Below are positions 63,828 through 64,000 of a stretch of DNA of 64,000 nucleotides, one piece after another. Position 1 is the first letter of the stretch. Every line of letters begins with the position of its first letter. The notes below the pieces were generated by a model that searched no databases, was not told where the DNA came from, and saw only the letters and a program-made list of their open reading frames with translations. A program made the position numbers and the translations under genes. This DNA is from an uncultured candidatus Porisulfidus sp. (lineage in GTDB: Bacteria; Pseudomonadota; Gammaproteobacteria; Poriferisulfidales; Poriferisulfidaceae), in contig OZ220480.1 of assembly GCA_965116025.1 (NCBI GenBank), positions 1,376,001 through 1,440,000 of the forward strand. Direction: 5' to 3'.

Positions 63828-64000
63828 TTATCGTAAAAGTGTCTCTGCTAGGGACCGTTTCAATTGGTCCCGCAGAGATATAACCTCGGCCTCCGCGACT
63901 TTAAGTTCCGCAAGTAGATCTTCTGGATCCCCTTGAGATTCTTTTTCAGTATAGGGATTCTTGATATCGAGGTTGTAGCCGTGCGCTTTGATTTCTTCAG
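63828..64000 (-). CDS. hsdM: Type I R-M methyltransferase subunit, C-terminal end (cut by the window edge)
   Basis: Manual translation EEIKAHGYNLDIKNPY...GDPEDLL...LRDQLKRSLAETLLR*, a typical HsdM tail, upstream of hsdS. Confidence 0.8.
   Translation of the reverse strand, partial: EEIKAHGYNLDIKNPYTEKESQGDPEDLLAELKVAEAEVISLRDQLKRSLAETLLR

Overview
A high-GC bacterial chromosome segment, most likely from a sulfur-oxidising gammaproteobacterium; a host-associated (e.g. sponge symbiont) lifestyle is inferred, not shown. Core genes: a peptide/nickel-type ABC transporter, urtABCDE-ureDABCEFG (urea uptake and urease), sat, aprMBA, clpB, proS, perM-bcp, dapA-bamC, folE2, aceEF-lpdA, hemA-prfA-prmC and TPR-lolB-ispE-tRNA(Gln)-prs. 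Accessory highlights: (1) manC plus a DPM1-like GT2-GtrA fusion, a TMTC-like TPR glycosyltransferase and a PIG-B/ALG9-like mannosyltransferase, i.e. a candidate eukaryote-like protein mannosylation pathway, interrupted by a putative type II R-M pair; (2) an autotransporter whose signal peptide is frameshifted by a G23 tract; (3) an IS1111-subgroup IS110 element whose 3' noncoding region shows four guide segments matching its own target and donor junctions, with a 648-bp duplication of the guide-RNA region joined exactly at the recombination core; (4) three tandem ~0.5-kb units encoding membrane-anchored coiled-coil proteins of varying modular length; (5) two paralogous MNT-HEPN toxin-antitoxin pairs, one lying between hsdM and hsdS of a type I R-M operon. 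All calls come from motif recognition and manual reading; no database searches were run.
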